DNA of 64,000 nucleotides, taken from contig BLSG01000402.1 of assembly GCA_012862495.1 (NCBI GenBank), forward strand, positions 606,559 through 670,558. Reading direction: 5' to 3'. A program made the position numbers and the translations under genes. The notes below the pieces were generated by a model. That model saw only the letters and a list, made by a program, of their open reading frames with translations, was not told the origin of the DNA and ran no database searches. Position 1 is the stretch's first letter; each line of letters starts with the position of its first letter. Of the stretch, positions 33,683 through 43,228 are shown piece after piece. Source of the stretch: Thraustochytrium aureum (taxonomy: Eukaryota).

Positions 33683-33943
33683 CTAGTCATCAAAGGCGAG
33701 GCCCTTGAGCACGCCGACGGCAAAGTGGTCAGCGTCCTTGGGCTCGAAGTTGCCGCGCCACTGCATGCCCTTGAAGCGGTCGTCCTTCTTGACCTTGGCA
33801 AAGTCGCCACCGCAGTCCTTCCAGATCTTCTTGAACGGCTTCTTGTCCTCCTCGGCCACGTCGCCAGAGGCCTCGTTGGTCTTGACCTTGTTGAGCTTGG
33901 CCTTCGCCAGGTCCGAGGCCTTGGGTGCGTCCGGGGTCGACAT
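33683..33943 (-). CDS. Small 86-aa protein with WH2/beta-thymosin-like motif
   Basis: Clean ATG..TGA; strong codon bias (AAG, GAC, GCC, TTC); DLAKAKLNKVKT resembles the WH2 helix-LKKT. Confidence 0.7.
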   Translation of the reverse strand: MSTPDAPKASDLAKAKLNKVKTNEASGDVAEEDKKPFKKIWKDCGGDFAKVKKDDRFKGMQWRGNFEPKDADHFAVGVLKGLAFDD

Positions 33944-34259
33944 CTATTCGTTTCCGGATTCGCGGGAGATGCGTTAGTCGTCGGAAGATTTGTGCAAGCG
34001 GGACACCCAACCAACAGCCGCAGCCACCTCCTCCCTCCCTTTCCCTCTCGCACTCCTTTGCAGAGTGCGCACCCCCTCTGCGCACACTCTGGAAAAACCA
34101 ACGAGTTTGCCCTCGTTGCACAACAACGCAAGATCGATGTGACACCGTGGCCGATCACCGAGCTGTTCGTTACTCGTTGGTCAAGATAATCGAGATAATC
34201 TTCATGCCTTGCCCAGGCCGGCCTGCCGTGCTGGCGGCCGGCCACGGCCCGTCCGATCC

Positions 34260-34648
34260 NNNNNNNNNNNNNNNNNNNNNNNNNNNNNNNNNNNNNNNNN
34301 NNNNNNNNNNNNNNNNNNNNNNNNNNNNNNNNNNNNNNNNNNNNNNNNNNNNNNNNNNNNNNNNNNNNNNNNNNNNNNNNNNNNNNNNNNNNNNNNNNNN
34401 NNNNNNNNNNNNNNNNNNNNNNNNNNNNNNNNNNNNNNNNNNNNNNNNNNNNNNNNNNNNNNNNNNNNNNNNNNNNNNNNNNNNNNNNNNNNNNNNNNNN
34501 NNNNNNNNNNNNNNNNNNNNNNNNNNNNNNNNNNNNNNNNNNNNNNNNNNNNNNNNNNNNNNNNNNNNNNNNNNNNNNNNNNNNNNNNNNNNNNNNNNNN
34601 NNNNNNNNNNNNNNNNNNNNNNNNNNNNNNNNNNNNNNNNNNNNNNNN
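34260..34648. other. Assembly gap (N)
   Basis: Run of N. Confidence 1.
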
Positions 34649-37091
34649 GCTTGCTGCGCAGCCCGCGGTTGCGCCGCGCGGAGGAGGACGCGCGGCCCGA
34701 GCGGGATGCCCGCCGCCTCCATGTCCTGCTCGGTGAGGACTGCTAGCGACTCGACGCGGAGCATCTGCTTGTGAACGAGTGAGTTGATCAGTCCGGCCAG
34801 CGAACTCGGCCCTTCCGCCGGAGCCCCTTGGAGCCAAACGTCCTCCAGGAAGCGGCGCGCCTCTTCGGCAGCAGCTGCGTCCGCGTCCGGCTCGCCGACC
34901 CCACCTTGGACGAACACGTTTTCTTCCTGCAAGTCCCCGTGCAGACTAAACTCGAACGCATGCGCAGGTTGACCGAGCACCAGCGGGAGCAAGCGGTCCG
35001 CAAAGGCGTCCATGGCAACGAGGAGCTTCTTGCAAAGCTTGCCACGCCTCCAGTGTGACGAGAGCGCGTGCCGACGCTGCATTTCAAGCCACTCACCAAA
35101 GCTCCACGGGCGAGCCTGGCGGAGTGCAAGCGACAGGCCCGCGTCTTGGCGAGCAAGGTCGTGGACCCTTGCAACGACGCCGCCGAGCGCCTCAGCCACG
35201 GCCCCGAGTGCGCTGCGCAGCTTCCAGCGACCAGCTGACGTCGCAGAGAAGACAGGCCGGCGCCGCACTGCAGCCAACGACTCGCCCTCGGACCGCCGGC
35301 TCACAATGTATGGCCAGCGCCACGGCGCGCCGTAGCCTTCGCCGTAGAATACTGAAGACCCCACAAGCCCTGGGACGCGGCGCACAAGGTGATGCACACG
35401 GCCGGCCGCGCGGAGCATCGCAGTTTCCGCTTGGTGCGCATGTGACCCGCTCGTCGACACGCAAGCCTCGATCGCGGCGCTGCCGAACCCGGCATCACCT
35501 GGCCCAAAGTGAGAATAAAGCTTGATCACAACCATGGCTTGCGGGCACCAGAAAACCGGGTTGAGGCGCTTTGCCATTGGCTTGTACGGCGTTTCGTCCG
35601 ACATGCCATTTGCGGCTGGGCAGCGGCCTTTGCGTCCGAATGCCTTGCCTGTCGCGCCTGCAAGCCTGTGGTGGCCCAAAATGCGGTCCAGGCGGCCCTG
35701 CCAGCGCGCAACGTCGCGGAAAGAAAGGGCAAACTCGCGCTCGGACTCGAAGCCCTCCTGGAGCGCTCCAGCGATCGGCTCGAGCTGCCGACAGAGCGTT
35801 GGGCTGGCGCGCTGAAGGCCGAGCTTGAACTCCTCAATAAAGGCGCCACCGCCCTCCTCGTACAGGTCTCGGACCGCGCTTCGCAGGTTGCCAGCGCTCA
35901 CAAAGTTGTGAGTCACGCTCAGTGTCCACTCCAAATTGAGTACCATGTGCCACCAGCCGGCTGGGATGAAAATGACGTCGCCGGCGTGCTGGATGATCTC
36001 GAGCGGCCGCTCTTCTTCACTCAGCTTTGGATAAACGTCAAGATACCACTCGAGCGAGCTGGGGGAGTCAAAGTGAGCCACGTCGACCTCGTCTTCATCG
36101 ACGAACTCTACGTACACGCCGGGGGGGGGCTTGGCGGGCGGGTACAGCGCCCAACGCTTGCGCCCCTGCAAGAGCGCGTTCCAGGCACTAGTGCTCGTCG
36201 GGTCCTTGTGCCAGGGGGCCCCCGTCCGTGCCGGCCCGGCTACAACCCACCTGTGCGGCGGCCGCTTGTCGAGCACACTAAGGGCGTCCTCGACGAAGAC
36301 GCCTCCGATTGTCGCGTCGTACTCGTCGAGGAGTGCAGGCGCCTTGGTGCCAAACTCGGCGTCGAAGATGTACAAGGGGGTCTCGTCACACTGGTGCGCC
36401 ACATACCGTGCGTAGTCAGCCATTGACATGTTCAGTCGGTCGAGCGAGTCAACCCCGTGGCTGATCTGCCACTTGACTTGGCCAAATCTGCGCACAAAGT
36501 TGTCCAGCGACCAAGCTTGCCCTGGGGTCCCGCAACGGGCAGGCCAACCTTCCGTTGCGCCGACAATGGCCACAGGCTTGCGAGGCCGGTCGAACTCGAT
36601 CTGGAAAGCACCGGGGGCTAGCCGGGCGTCACCGAAGCGCACTCGCTCCACAAGCTCAACATCTGGAATGAATTCGCTCAAAACTGCGTGGCACCTGAAC
36701 CAGCGATCGGCGAGATACTGCGACTTGAGACCCGCGCAAGAATTCAAATGCTGCGATCGCGCAGAGGCGACATGGCCGAGCGCCTTGGCAACCCACGTCG
36801 CCTTCCATGTGGCAGCTCTAGAAACGGAGCCGCCCCAGCGCCTCAAAACGATCAGCATCCACAGCGGCTCCGCGTCAGCGAGCGCTCGTAGCCCGTGGCT
36901 CGCGCAGGCGATCGCGCCAAGGTCCACCCCGTAAGGTACGAGAGCAGGTCCTGCACGACACGGTGTGGGAGGCCACCCAGGACATTGGTGTCGCCGTCTG
37001 GCAAGACCACACCTTTCTGCGTCGCACGTGCTAGCGCCGGCGGGTCGCCGCGGTTGTGCTCAAGGCTGGGTGGGCTTGACCGCGGAGCCAT
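34649..37091 (-). CDS. F-box + JmjC (JMJD6-like) + APH/choline-kinase-like + SAM domain protein; frameshift near 36927; 3' end lost in the gap
   Basis: F-box-like LGGLPHRVVQDLLSYL|DLGAIAC..ADAEPLW (one G missing in a G run); JmjC DETPLYIFD, GPARTGAPWHKDP, WNALLQGRKRWALYPP, IPAGWWHMVLNL; HGDLQEENVF; SAM-like LTEQDMEAAGIPLGPRVLL. Confidence 0.85.
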
Positions 37092-37706
37092 CCTCGTTCA
37101 CCGCCGCCACCGCGCCGTCCAGCGGGTCTGGGTGGCGTTGTTGCGGGCTGCGGGCTGCGGGCTGTCCTGCCTTCCGAACTCTGACAGCGCAGTGTTCTTG
37201 AGATCAAAATCAATACTCCACCATGGTGTTACTGGGGAAAGAAAAAATCGTTTCAGTCCCGCCCGCGAGCGGCAGCAGCATGCAGCGGCGGCAGCAAGCA
37301 GGAGACAAGCGCATGGCGGGCTGGCTGCATGGCTGGCCGCAAGTGCGCTCCTGCCCACCTCCATCTTGGCCTCGCTTCGGTGGGTTTCAACAGCAGCTCC
37401 AGCGCCAGCGGTGCTGCAAGGTGGGTACTCTACCATTCAATCAAACGATTCAAACGATTCCCGCCCATCACAGCCAGCGCGATCACCCGCCCGCTCGTGG
37501 CGCAAGTGCGCTTTCACGCTGCCATTCCCTGGTGAGCGGGGCCAGTCCCTCATCGCCGGCATCGCCAGCACATGGGCCATAAATGTTCGTAACGGCCATT
37601 TCTTCTGGTACCACGCAAGGCGCGAGCGAGCGAGCGAGCGAGCGACAGCGGCCCAATCGGCCGCGGCACAGGAGAGCAGGGCCCTGGCGAGCTCTCGCGC
37701 GCCACG

Positions 37707-39987
37707 ATGCTGTGCGGCACGTCGAAGACGAAGGCCTACATGAAGGTACGTTTCAAGTCGTCTATGCGCGCACCATGCGAAAGGCGCGAGCTGACGAGGG
37801 GAGGGTTGCGACGCAGGGCTTGTCGCCGAGGCAGTACTTTGAGCTCCAGGTCGCACCCAAGATGCAGGAAACCTTTGAGTCGATTAACAGTACGTGTTGG
37901 CCGCCGCCTTGGCTGGCACAAGCGAAACGAGGCCAGCGCGCATGAGCTGACTGCGCAGAACCTTGCAGTGATCGACCCGAAGCTCGCCATGGCGCGGCGG
38001 TGGTACGACTACTTTGCCCAAGTTGACGCAGAGTAAGTGGCAAGTCGCACAAGTGCAGCTCGCTTGCTGGACCACAACCGTGGAGGGCCGATCTGACTCG
38101 AATGGCTCGGTTGGAGCGGGCAGCGGCTCAGGCCAGGTGGGGCTGGACGAGTTTTACCTCCACTACGGAATCAAGCCCACGAAGTTTGTTGAGCGCATGT
38201 TTGCATACTTTGATCTTGACCGCAGCCGCGAGCTGAGCTTCCAAGAGTATGTCGTTGGCCTTTGGAACCTGTTGACGTTCAGTTCGATGAGGATGTGCCA
38301 GTTCGCGGCAAGCGTATTCGACCTCGACGGCTCGTGCATGATGGACAAATACAAGTGCGACGCGCTTGTGCGGATGGTGCACGGCGTGGAGGAGACTCCC
38401 GAGCACCTTGTCGCGCTAGTGCGGGAGATGGCGACCGACAGCAATCCCACGGGGCGCATGGAATTGTCGGTTTTCACCGGGTTTGTGGAAATGCACCCAG
38501 CGCTGCTCGAGCCAGCCTTTCATGTGCAAAGCAACCTACGCGAACGACTGTTTGGCGTCACGTTTTGGAAAGAAAGGACAAAGGAGCGCACCGAGCTGTT
38601 TGGCGAACTTGAATCGGCCGAGGCCATCTTGCTCCGCAACCGAAAGGTGGAGCTAGCAGAGCTACGGAGCCAGACTGCGCGCAAGCTCAAGACCGCTCGG
38701 AGCGTGCGCGTTCGACCTGACATTTCACAGAGCGCCTCGAGCGTGTTGAGCGGCGCCTCGGTCGGCAGCCAGGCTTCTCGGGACGGGGACGAGAGCGTGC
38801 GCAAGGCATCCAGCCAAAGCGAACCCGCGACGCAGCAGCAGGCTGACGAGGGTTCTGGATCCGACGAGTCAAGCGCTGAAGATGGCGAGCTCCCGCTGAG
38901 CATTTACCGCACATCGCCGCCCGGCGAGGCCTTGACAACAAAGCAGACAGCCTCCTTACGATTGGAGCGTCGCGTACAGAAGCGGCAGCATGCCCTTCGT
39001 GCGCTGCTCCTTGCCTACCGCGACAAGGAGCTCGACTTGTACAGCAAACGCAGCGAAGCGGCGTCCATCGCGCCGGAGCGGCTGCAACAATCGGTTGAGG
39101 AGTACGAGTCGCTCGTGCTCGACGCGGCGCGTGCCAAGCACGCCCTAGCGGAGGCGGTTAACGACCTCGAGGTGAGCGGCGGCGAGGCGCTGAGCGAGGG
39201 CGAGCGGCAAGCCTTCGTGCGCTGCCTCAAGGAGGTGGAAGCGACTGCCGAGGCCTGGTTGGGGAGCAAGGAGGGGAAAAACTACCTCAAGGTGGTCGGC
39301 AAGGAACACGCCATGCGCGACTCGAGCTCGGAAGCTATCATGGGAATTCTGCCGCGCAAGGCCATCATGGCCGGCGAGGTCAAGGCTCGCAACGAGTACA
39401 TCGCGCGCAAAGGGCGGGAGCGGTCGTCCGAGGTAGCGGCAGATTTTGCCGAGCGTAAAGCCTCGCACGTCGCCGCGCTCAAGGCCATGCGCAAGCAGTT
39501 CGAGCTGCTGACCGAGGACCAGGAAGAGCACGTGCCGCGCTGGCAATGGCAGAAACTTAAAGAGGCTGCTACAGAGGTGGTGTATTATCATTGCCCCGCA
39601 ATCGAGGCATCGCTGTGGGCAGAGCCGTTCTTGCTCAACAGCTCTGGGCAGTGTGAAGACAATTCGTGCCAGGAAGAGGCGGTCGTCCGGTGCGTCAGCT
39701 GCAACCACGAGTACTGTGCCAGCTGTGACATGGTTGTGCATGCCTACGGGGCGCAGCGCAACCACATTAAGCGTGGGCCCATCCCGCCCCAGGAGGTCGA
39801 GTGGCGCAAACGCGTTCGCGCCGAGGTGCCCAAGCGCTTCCGCGCCGACGCGACAAAGGCTGTTTGCGCCGACCCTGTCGAACTTGCGCGCCGCCACTTG
39901 GTCGAGCAGGCCCGCGCCGAGCGAGACCTTTTTGGCGCCAGCACTGGTGAAGGCGACATGGCGGCCCCTGGTCTGCAATTCGCCTAA
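37707..39987 (+). CDS. EF-hand + coiled-coil + WW-like + B-box protein; introns 37746-37816, 37890-37968, 38033-38123
   Basis: Three GT..AG introns with compatible phases; splicing rebuilds the EF-hand DADGSGQVGLDE. Further EF loops DLDRSRELSFQE and DLDGSC; WQKL..VYYHC..SLWAEP; B-box C..C..C..C..YC..CD..H..H. Confidence 0.85.
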
Positions 39988-41390
39988 CAGGAGTCGGCGG
40001 CGAGCTGTGTCCCTGCCGCGAGCTGTGTCCCTGCCGCGAGCTGTGTCCCTGCCGACTGGCCTGACTGCTCGACCGAGTTGCACCGCGCGCACTCGCAGGT
40101 GATGCTGTACGTTTCGAAGAGTGCTGCTTTGCGCTGCTCCTGCTCGACGTGTCGCAGGTAGTCGTGCGTAAGCTCTTCGCCAGCAGCGATGTCTCGAAGC
40201 GCGACTACGCGCAGCGTGGAGTTGGAGGCGTACTCGATGGCCACGTTTGGGTCGCATGAGTGGTTCATGACGCAGGCTATCCGAAACAGCCCCTCTCCGT
40301 CCACTGGAGGGAACGAGTCTTGAGCGTCGTCGAGGAGATCTTCGGCGGTCTGAGGGGCGTACTCGCAGTCGTCGCTGGCGTCGTCGCTGGCGTCGTCGCT
40401 GGGGTTGTCGTTGGCGTCGTCGTTGGCGTCTTCGCTGGCGTCGTCGTTGGCGTCTTCGCTGGCGTCGTCGTTGGCGTCGTTGGCGTCATGACTCTTGCAG
40501 CTCCCGCCTGTGCAACACACGCTGGCGCGCTCAGGGGCAGCCTCGGCGCCCAGGTCTCCAGTAAATAGACCCACCAAGGGGGCCAGTGCAGCGAGCACTA
40601 GTTTACTGTCAGCCTGGTCGGCAGTTAGTCCCACCGCCACGGGGTTCTGGATCCTAATCCCCATGTTGTTTCTTTCAAACTTGTCGAGAAGTCCTTGAAA
40701 TCGCTCAGGAGTCACTATCGCCTCGACAACGTCGGCATCGGCCTGGGGATGAGATTTTAGTGCCGCCCGCAAGAGTTCGATCGAGGCGATGGCCTCCTCG
40801 CTGAGCAGCACAGCGCCGGGCGCTTGGTCGGCTTGTCTAGGCTGGACTTGGTCCAGGCAGTTTGCCCAGAGGTCAACCTCTGGCGCGGCGAGCGCTTGGG
40901 CGAAGACCGCGCTCGCTAGCAAGTAGCGCTCGTCGGTCTGCATCGCGTGGACCTTGAACTGGATGAGGGCGTCGTCCTCGCTTTCGCACCGGCCGGCGCA
41001 CAACCAACCGTGTCCGAGTCGGGCGGCGTCGCTCAAGCACGACTCGGTGCAGTACAGCTGCCCGCATCCGCCAGGGCACTCGAACCAGCCGCCCGGTGCG
41101 CGTGCGGCATCAAGCGCGCTAAGCGCGTCGAACTGGTCCAGCTCGGGCGAGGCTACTACGTCCTGTCTGGCCACCACGTTCAGCGCGACAGCAGCGAGCT
41201 GGCCAAGCGAGCCGAGAAAACGCAAGCACTGCTCGCACGACAGGCACGCTGCCTTGTTGCTGTGGACCGCCACAAGCGGCGCCTCGTCAAACACGACCTC
41301 GCCCGCTGCCGCGTTCTGCGCGGCGACCAGAGCGCGTTGCCCTGTCCCGGCGACCAGGCCTGTGTCGCGCTCCACTCGTACTCGGTCCAT
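39984..41390 (-). CDS. SET-domain lysine methyltransferase (SMYD5-like) with Cys-rich MYND-type insert
   Basis: RALVA..GEVVFDEAPLV, CEQC, CPGGC..YCTESC, EGLF...MNHSCDPN, ALRDIAAGEELTHDYL, post-SET CECARC; acidic internal repeats; C-terminal 3x GTQLAA. Confidence 0.88.
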   Translation of the reverse strand: MDRVRVERDTGLVAGTGQRALVAAQNAAAGEVVFDEAPLVAVHSNKAACLSCEQCLRFLGSLGQLAAVALNVVARQDVVASPELDQFDALSALDAARAPGGWFECPGGCGQLYCTESCLSDAARLGHGWLCAGRCESEDDALIQFKVHAMQTDERYLLASAVFAQALAAPEVDLWANCLDQVQPRQADQAPGAVLLSEEAIASIELLRAALKSHPQADADVVEAIVTPERFQGLLDKFERNNMGIRIQNPVAVGLTADQADSKLVLAALAPLVGLFTGDLGAEAAPERASVCCTGGSCKSHDANDANDDASEDANDDASEDANDDANDNPSDDASDDASDDCEYAPQTAEDLLDDAQDSFPPVDGEGLFRIACVMNHSCDPNVAIEYASNSTLRVVALRDIAAGEELTHDYLRHVEQEQRKAALFETYSITCECARCNSVEQSGQSAGTQLAAGTQLAAGTQLAADSC

Positions 41391-42564
41391 CGCAACCTGG
41401 CAGCGAGACGCACCAAGCGCAAGCACCTGCGCCAACCTCTGCAGGCAGGCAGGCAGGCAGGCAGGCACACAGGCAGGCACACAGGCAGGCAGACAGGCAG
41501 GCAGGCAGGCAGGCAGGAGTCTTTCGTGCGTAGCGCCAACGGAGCTGCTCGTGTGTGGTCTGGCAGCCAGAGGCCACAACACTGTTCTGTTCGTCAAACG
41601 CACTGCTCGAAAGCCTGTGTGACGGTGACTCGCACGGGTCGCGGACGGCAAGGAGGGGCCTCGTCGGGCGTGGGGGCGGTATCGGGGAGGGCGGCACAGC
41701 GAGGAGGTCGACGAGGTCGTCCAAAACTGGACCACTCGCCAACCGCGGGGGAGCTAGCGACTCGGGCTGGTCCGTGGTGCTTGTGGGCCTGTTGTGGCGC
41801 CGGCACGCATCCCACGGCGGCGTGCAAGCCTGCTCGTGGAGCCGGCGCGGGACTGCACTCCTCGCCGCATCCTCCACACGCAGGTCGACGTCAGGCCTTG
41901 TTGTCTGTGGCTTGAGGCGCTTGCAGCGGCGCTCGTCAAAAACTGGCTGTTCCAGCACCCTCGAGGAAGGTAACTGAGGCACGATGAGTTTGTCAGTGCC
42001 TTGAGCGTAGTTTGGCTCGCCGTCATCGTCGAACAAGCCCAGAACCGCAGTGTGGCCATCTTGTTGGCGCCGTAGGTGCGAGCTCCTGCTCGCTTCGGGC
42101 AGACGTCGCGAGCCGCGCTCAAACTCGGCCTTGCCTCGAAACCCAGACTTGCCAATCAATATCGGTCTACCCGCTGCGTCAACGCGGCCAACAAAGCACG
42201 GCCATACCTGCTTTCGCCGGACCAACTGGACGAGGTCACGTTGCATGTCTTCGGGCAAGCACTTGCGAGAGTCGCGCCCTCGAAACAGCGCGAGAACGGC
42301 GTCCTTAAAGGCAGACTCGACGTTGCGAGGGCGCTGCCGGCGCGTGACGAGCCACTCCTGGAAGCACTGTGGCGACAGGCACCCCGACATGTCCCACGCG
42401 GCTGTGACGCGCCCTGGCTCGGAATAGGCCGGCCTTTTCCGCACATACTTCAAAAACAGGTTCATCGTGTTGTTCACGTACCCGATGCGAAGGTCGCAGG
42501 CCTCGCAGTCGGCCGCAGCCACGCTAAAGGCCGCACCCGTTGCATGCTCGTTAGCCCTGTGCAT
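41287..42564 (-). CDS. Hypothetical protein with a compact basic/aromatic domain; true 3' end uncertain
   Basis: Protein-like core LFLKYV...FQEWLVTRR..FKDAV..GRDSRK..KQVWPCF..IGKSGFRG. The ORF tail runs through the microsatellite and over the SET start, so it probably ends earlier. Confidence 0.5.
   Translation of the reverse strand: MHRANEHATGAAFSVAAADCEACDLRIGYVNNTMNLFLKYVRKRPAYSEPGRVTAAWDMSGCLSPQCFQEWLVTRRQRPRNVESAFKDAVLALFRGRDSRKCLPEDMQRDLVQLVRRKQVWPCFVGRVDAAGRPILIGKSGFRGKAEFERGSRRLPEASRSSHLRRQQDGHTAVLGLFDDDGEPNYAQGTDKLIVPQLPSSRVLEQPVFDERRCKRLKPQTTRPDVDLRVEDAARSAVPRRLHEQACTPPWDACRRHNRPTSTTDQPESLAPPRLASGPVLDDLVDLLAVPPSPIPPPRPTRPLLAVRDPCESPSHRLSSSAFDEQNSVVASGCQTTHEQLRWRYARKTPACLPACLSACLCACLCACLPACLPAEVGAGACAWCVSLPGCDGPSTSGARHRPGRRDRATRSGRRAERGSGRGRV
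41441..41517. repeat. (GCAG)n microsatellite with GCAC/AGAC variants upstream of the SET gene
   Basis: Direct reading. Confidence 0.92.
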
Positions 42565-43228
42565 GGCGGGCGTTTGCGGCGCTCCAAGTGCGAAGATATC
42601 GCCAGACTGGGGCTCCAGCGCCGACCCAGGACGGTGCGAGCCAGCTCTTACCCAAGCCTCCAACACGCAGCGTGAATTGGAATTTGCTTCGTTCCAGGCT
42701 GGTCTGCGCGTTCGCGCTGCCACATACTGGGGATAGAGTAAGGTAGTGAGTGACTCGAAAGATGGTCTGCAGGCGTTTGGCTGCGCTGGCTCGGGCAGCA
42801 CAAGCGCCCGGAACTGAATGCAACGATGTGGCTCTGAATCGTGGCGACGACTTGGCCCAAATCGAAAGTCCAAAACAGGGGGCAACAGGGGGCTCAATCA
42901 AATAGTGGTAGAGACTCGCGCGAAAACGCGCGCCACATATCTTCCTACTAGTCAAGCTAGTACCTGTAGACTTACTCTATCTACTAGTACCTACAGCCTC
43001 AACAGAGCGAGCGAAGCGCTGAAACCGGCCCAGTTGCAGGAGGGTGTCCTCGTGCGCTGACTCGCGCGCCGCTCGCGCGCCGTGCACGAGAGAAAACAGC
43101 TTCGAGTGTTGCGCCGAAAGTGACGCTGCAAGGCGGAGTTCAGTGGGCGAGCAAAACGAACAATAGGATCTGCCTTTTTCGTTGGGGGCTCTGCCGCGCC
43201 TAATTCCTTGGTTGGGGCTCCGAGTTGG

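Noticed and set aside
33661..34259. C-terminal part of the 1088-aa JmjC ORF
   Set aside because: Artefact of reading through N's; this stretch holds a separate small gene in another frame
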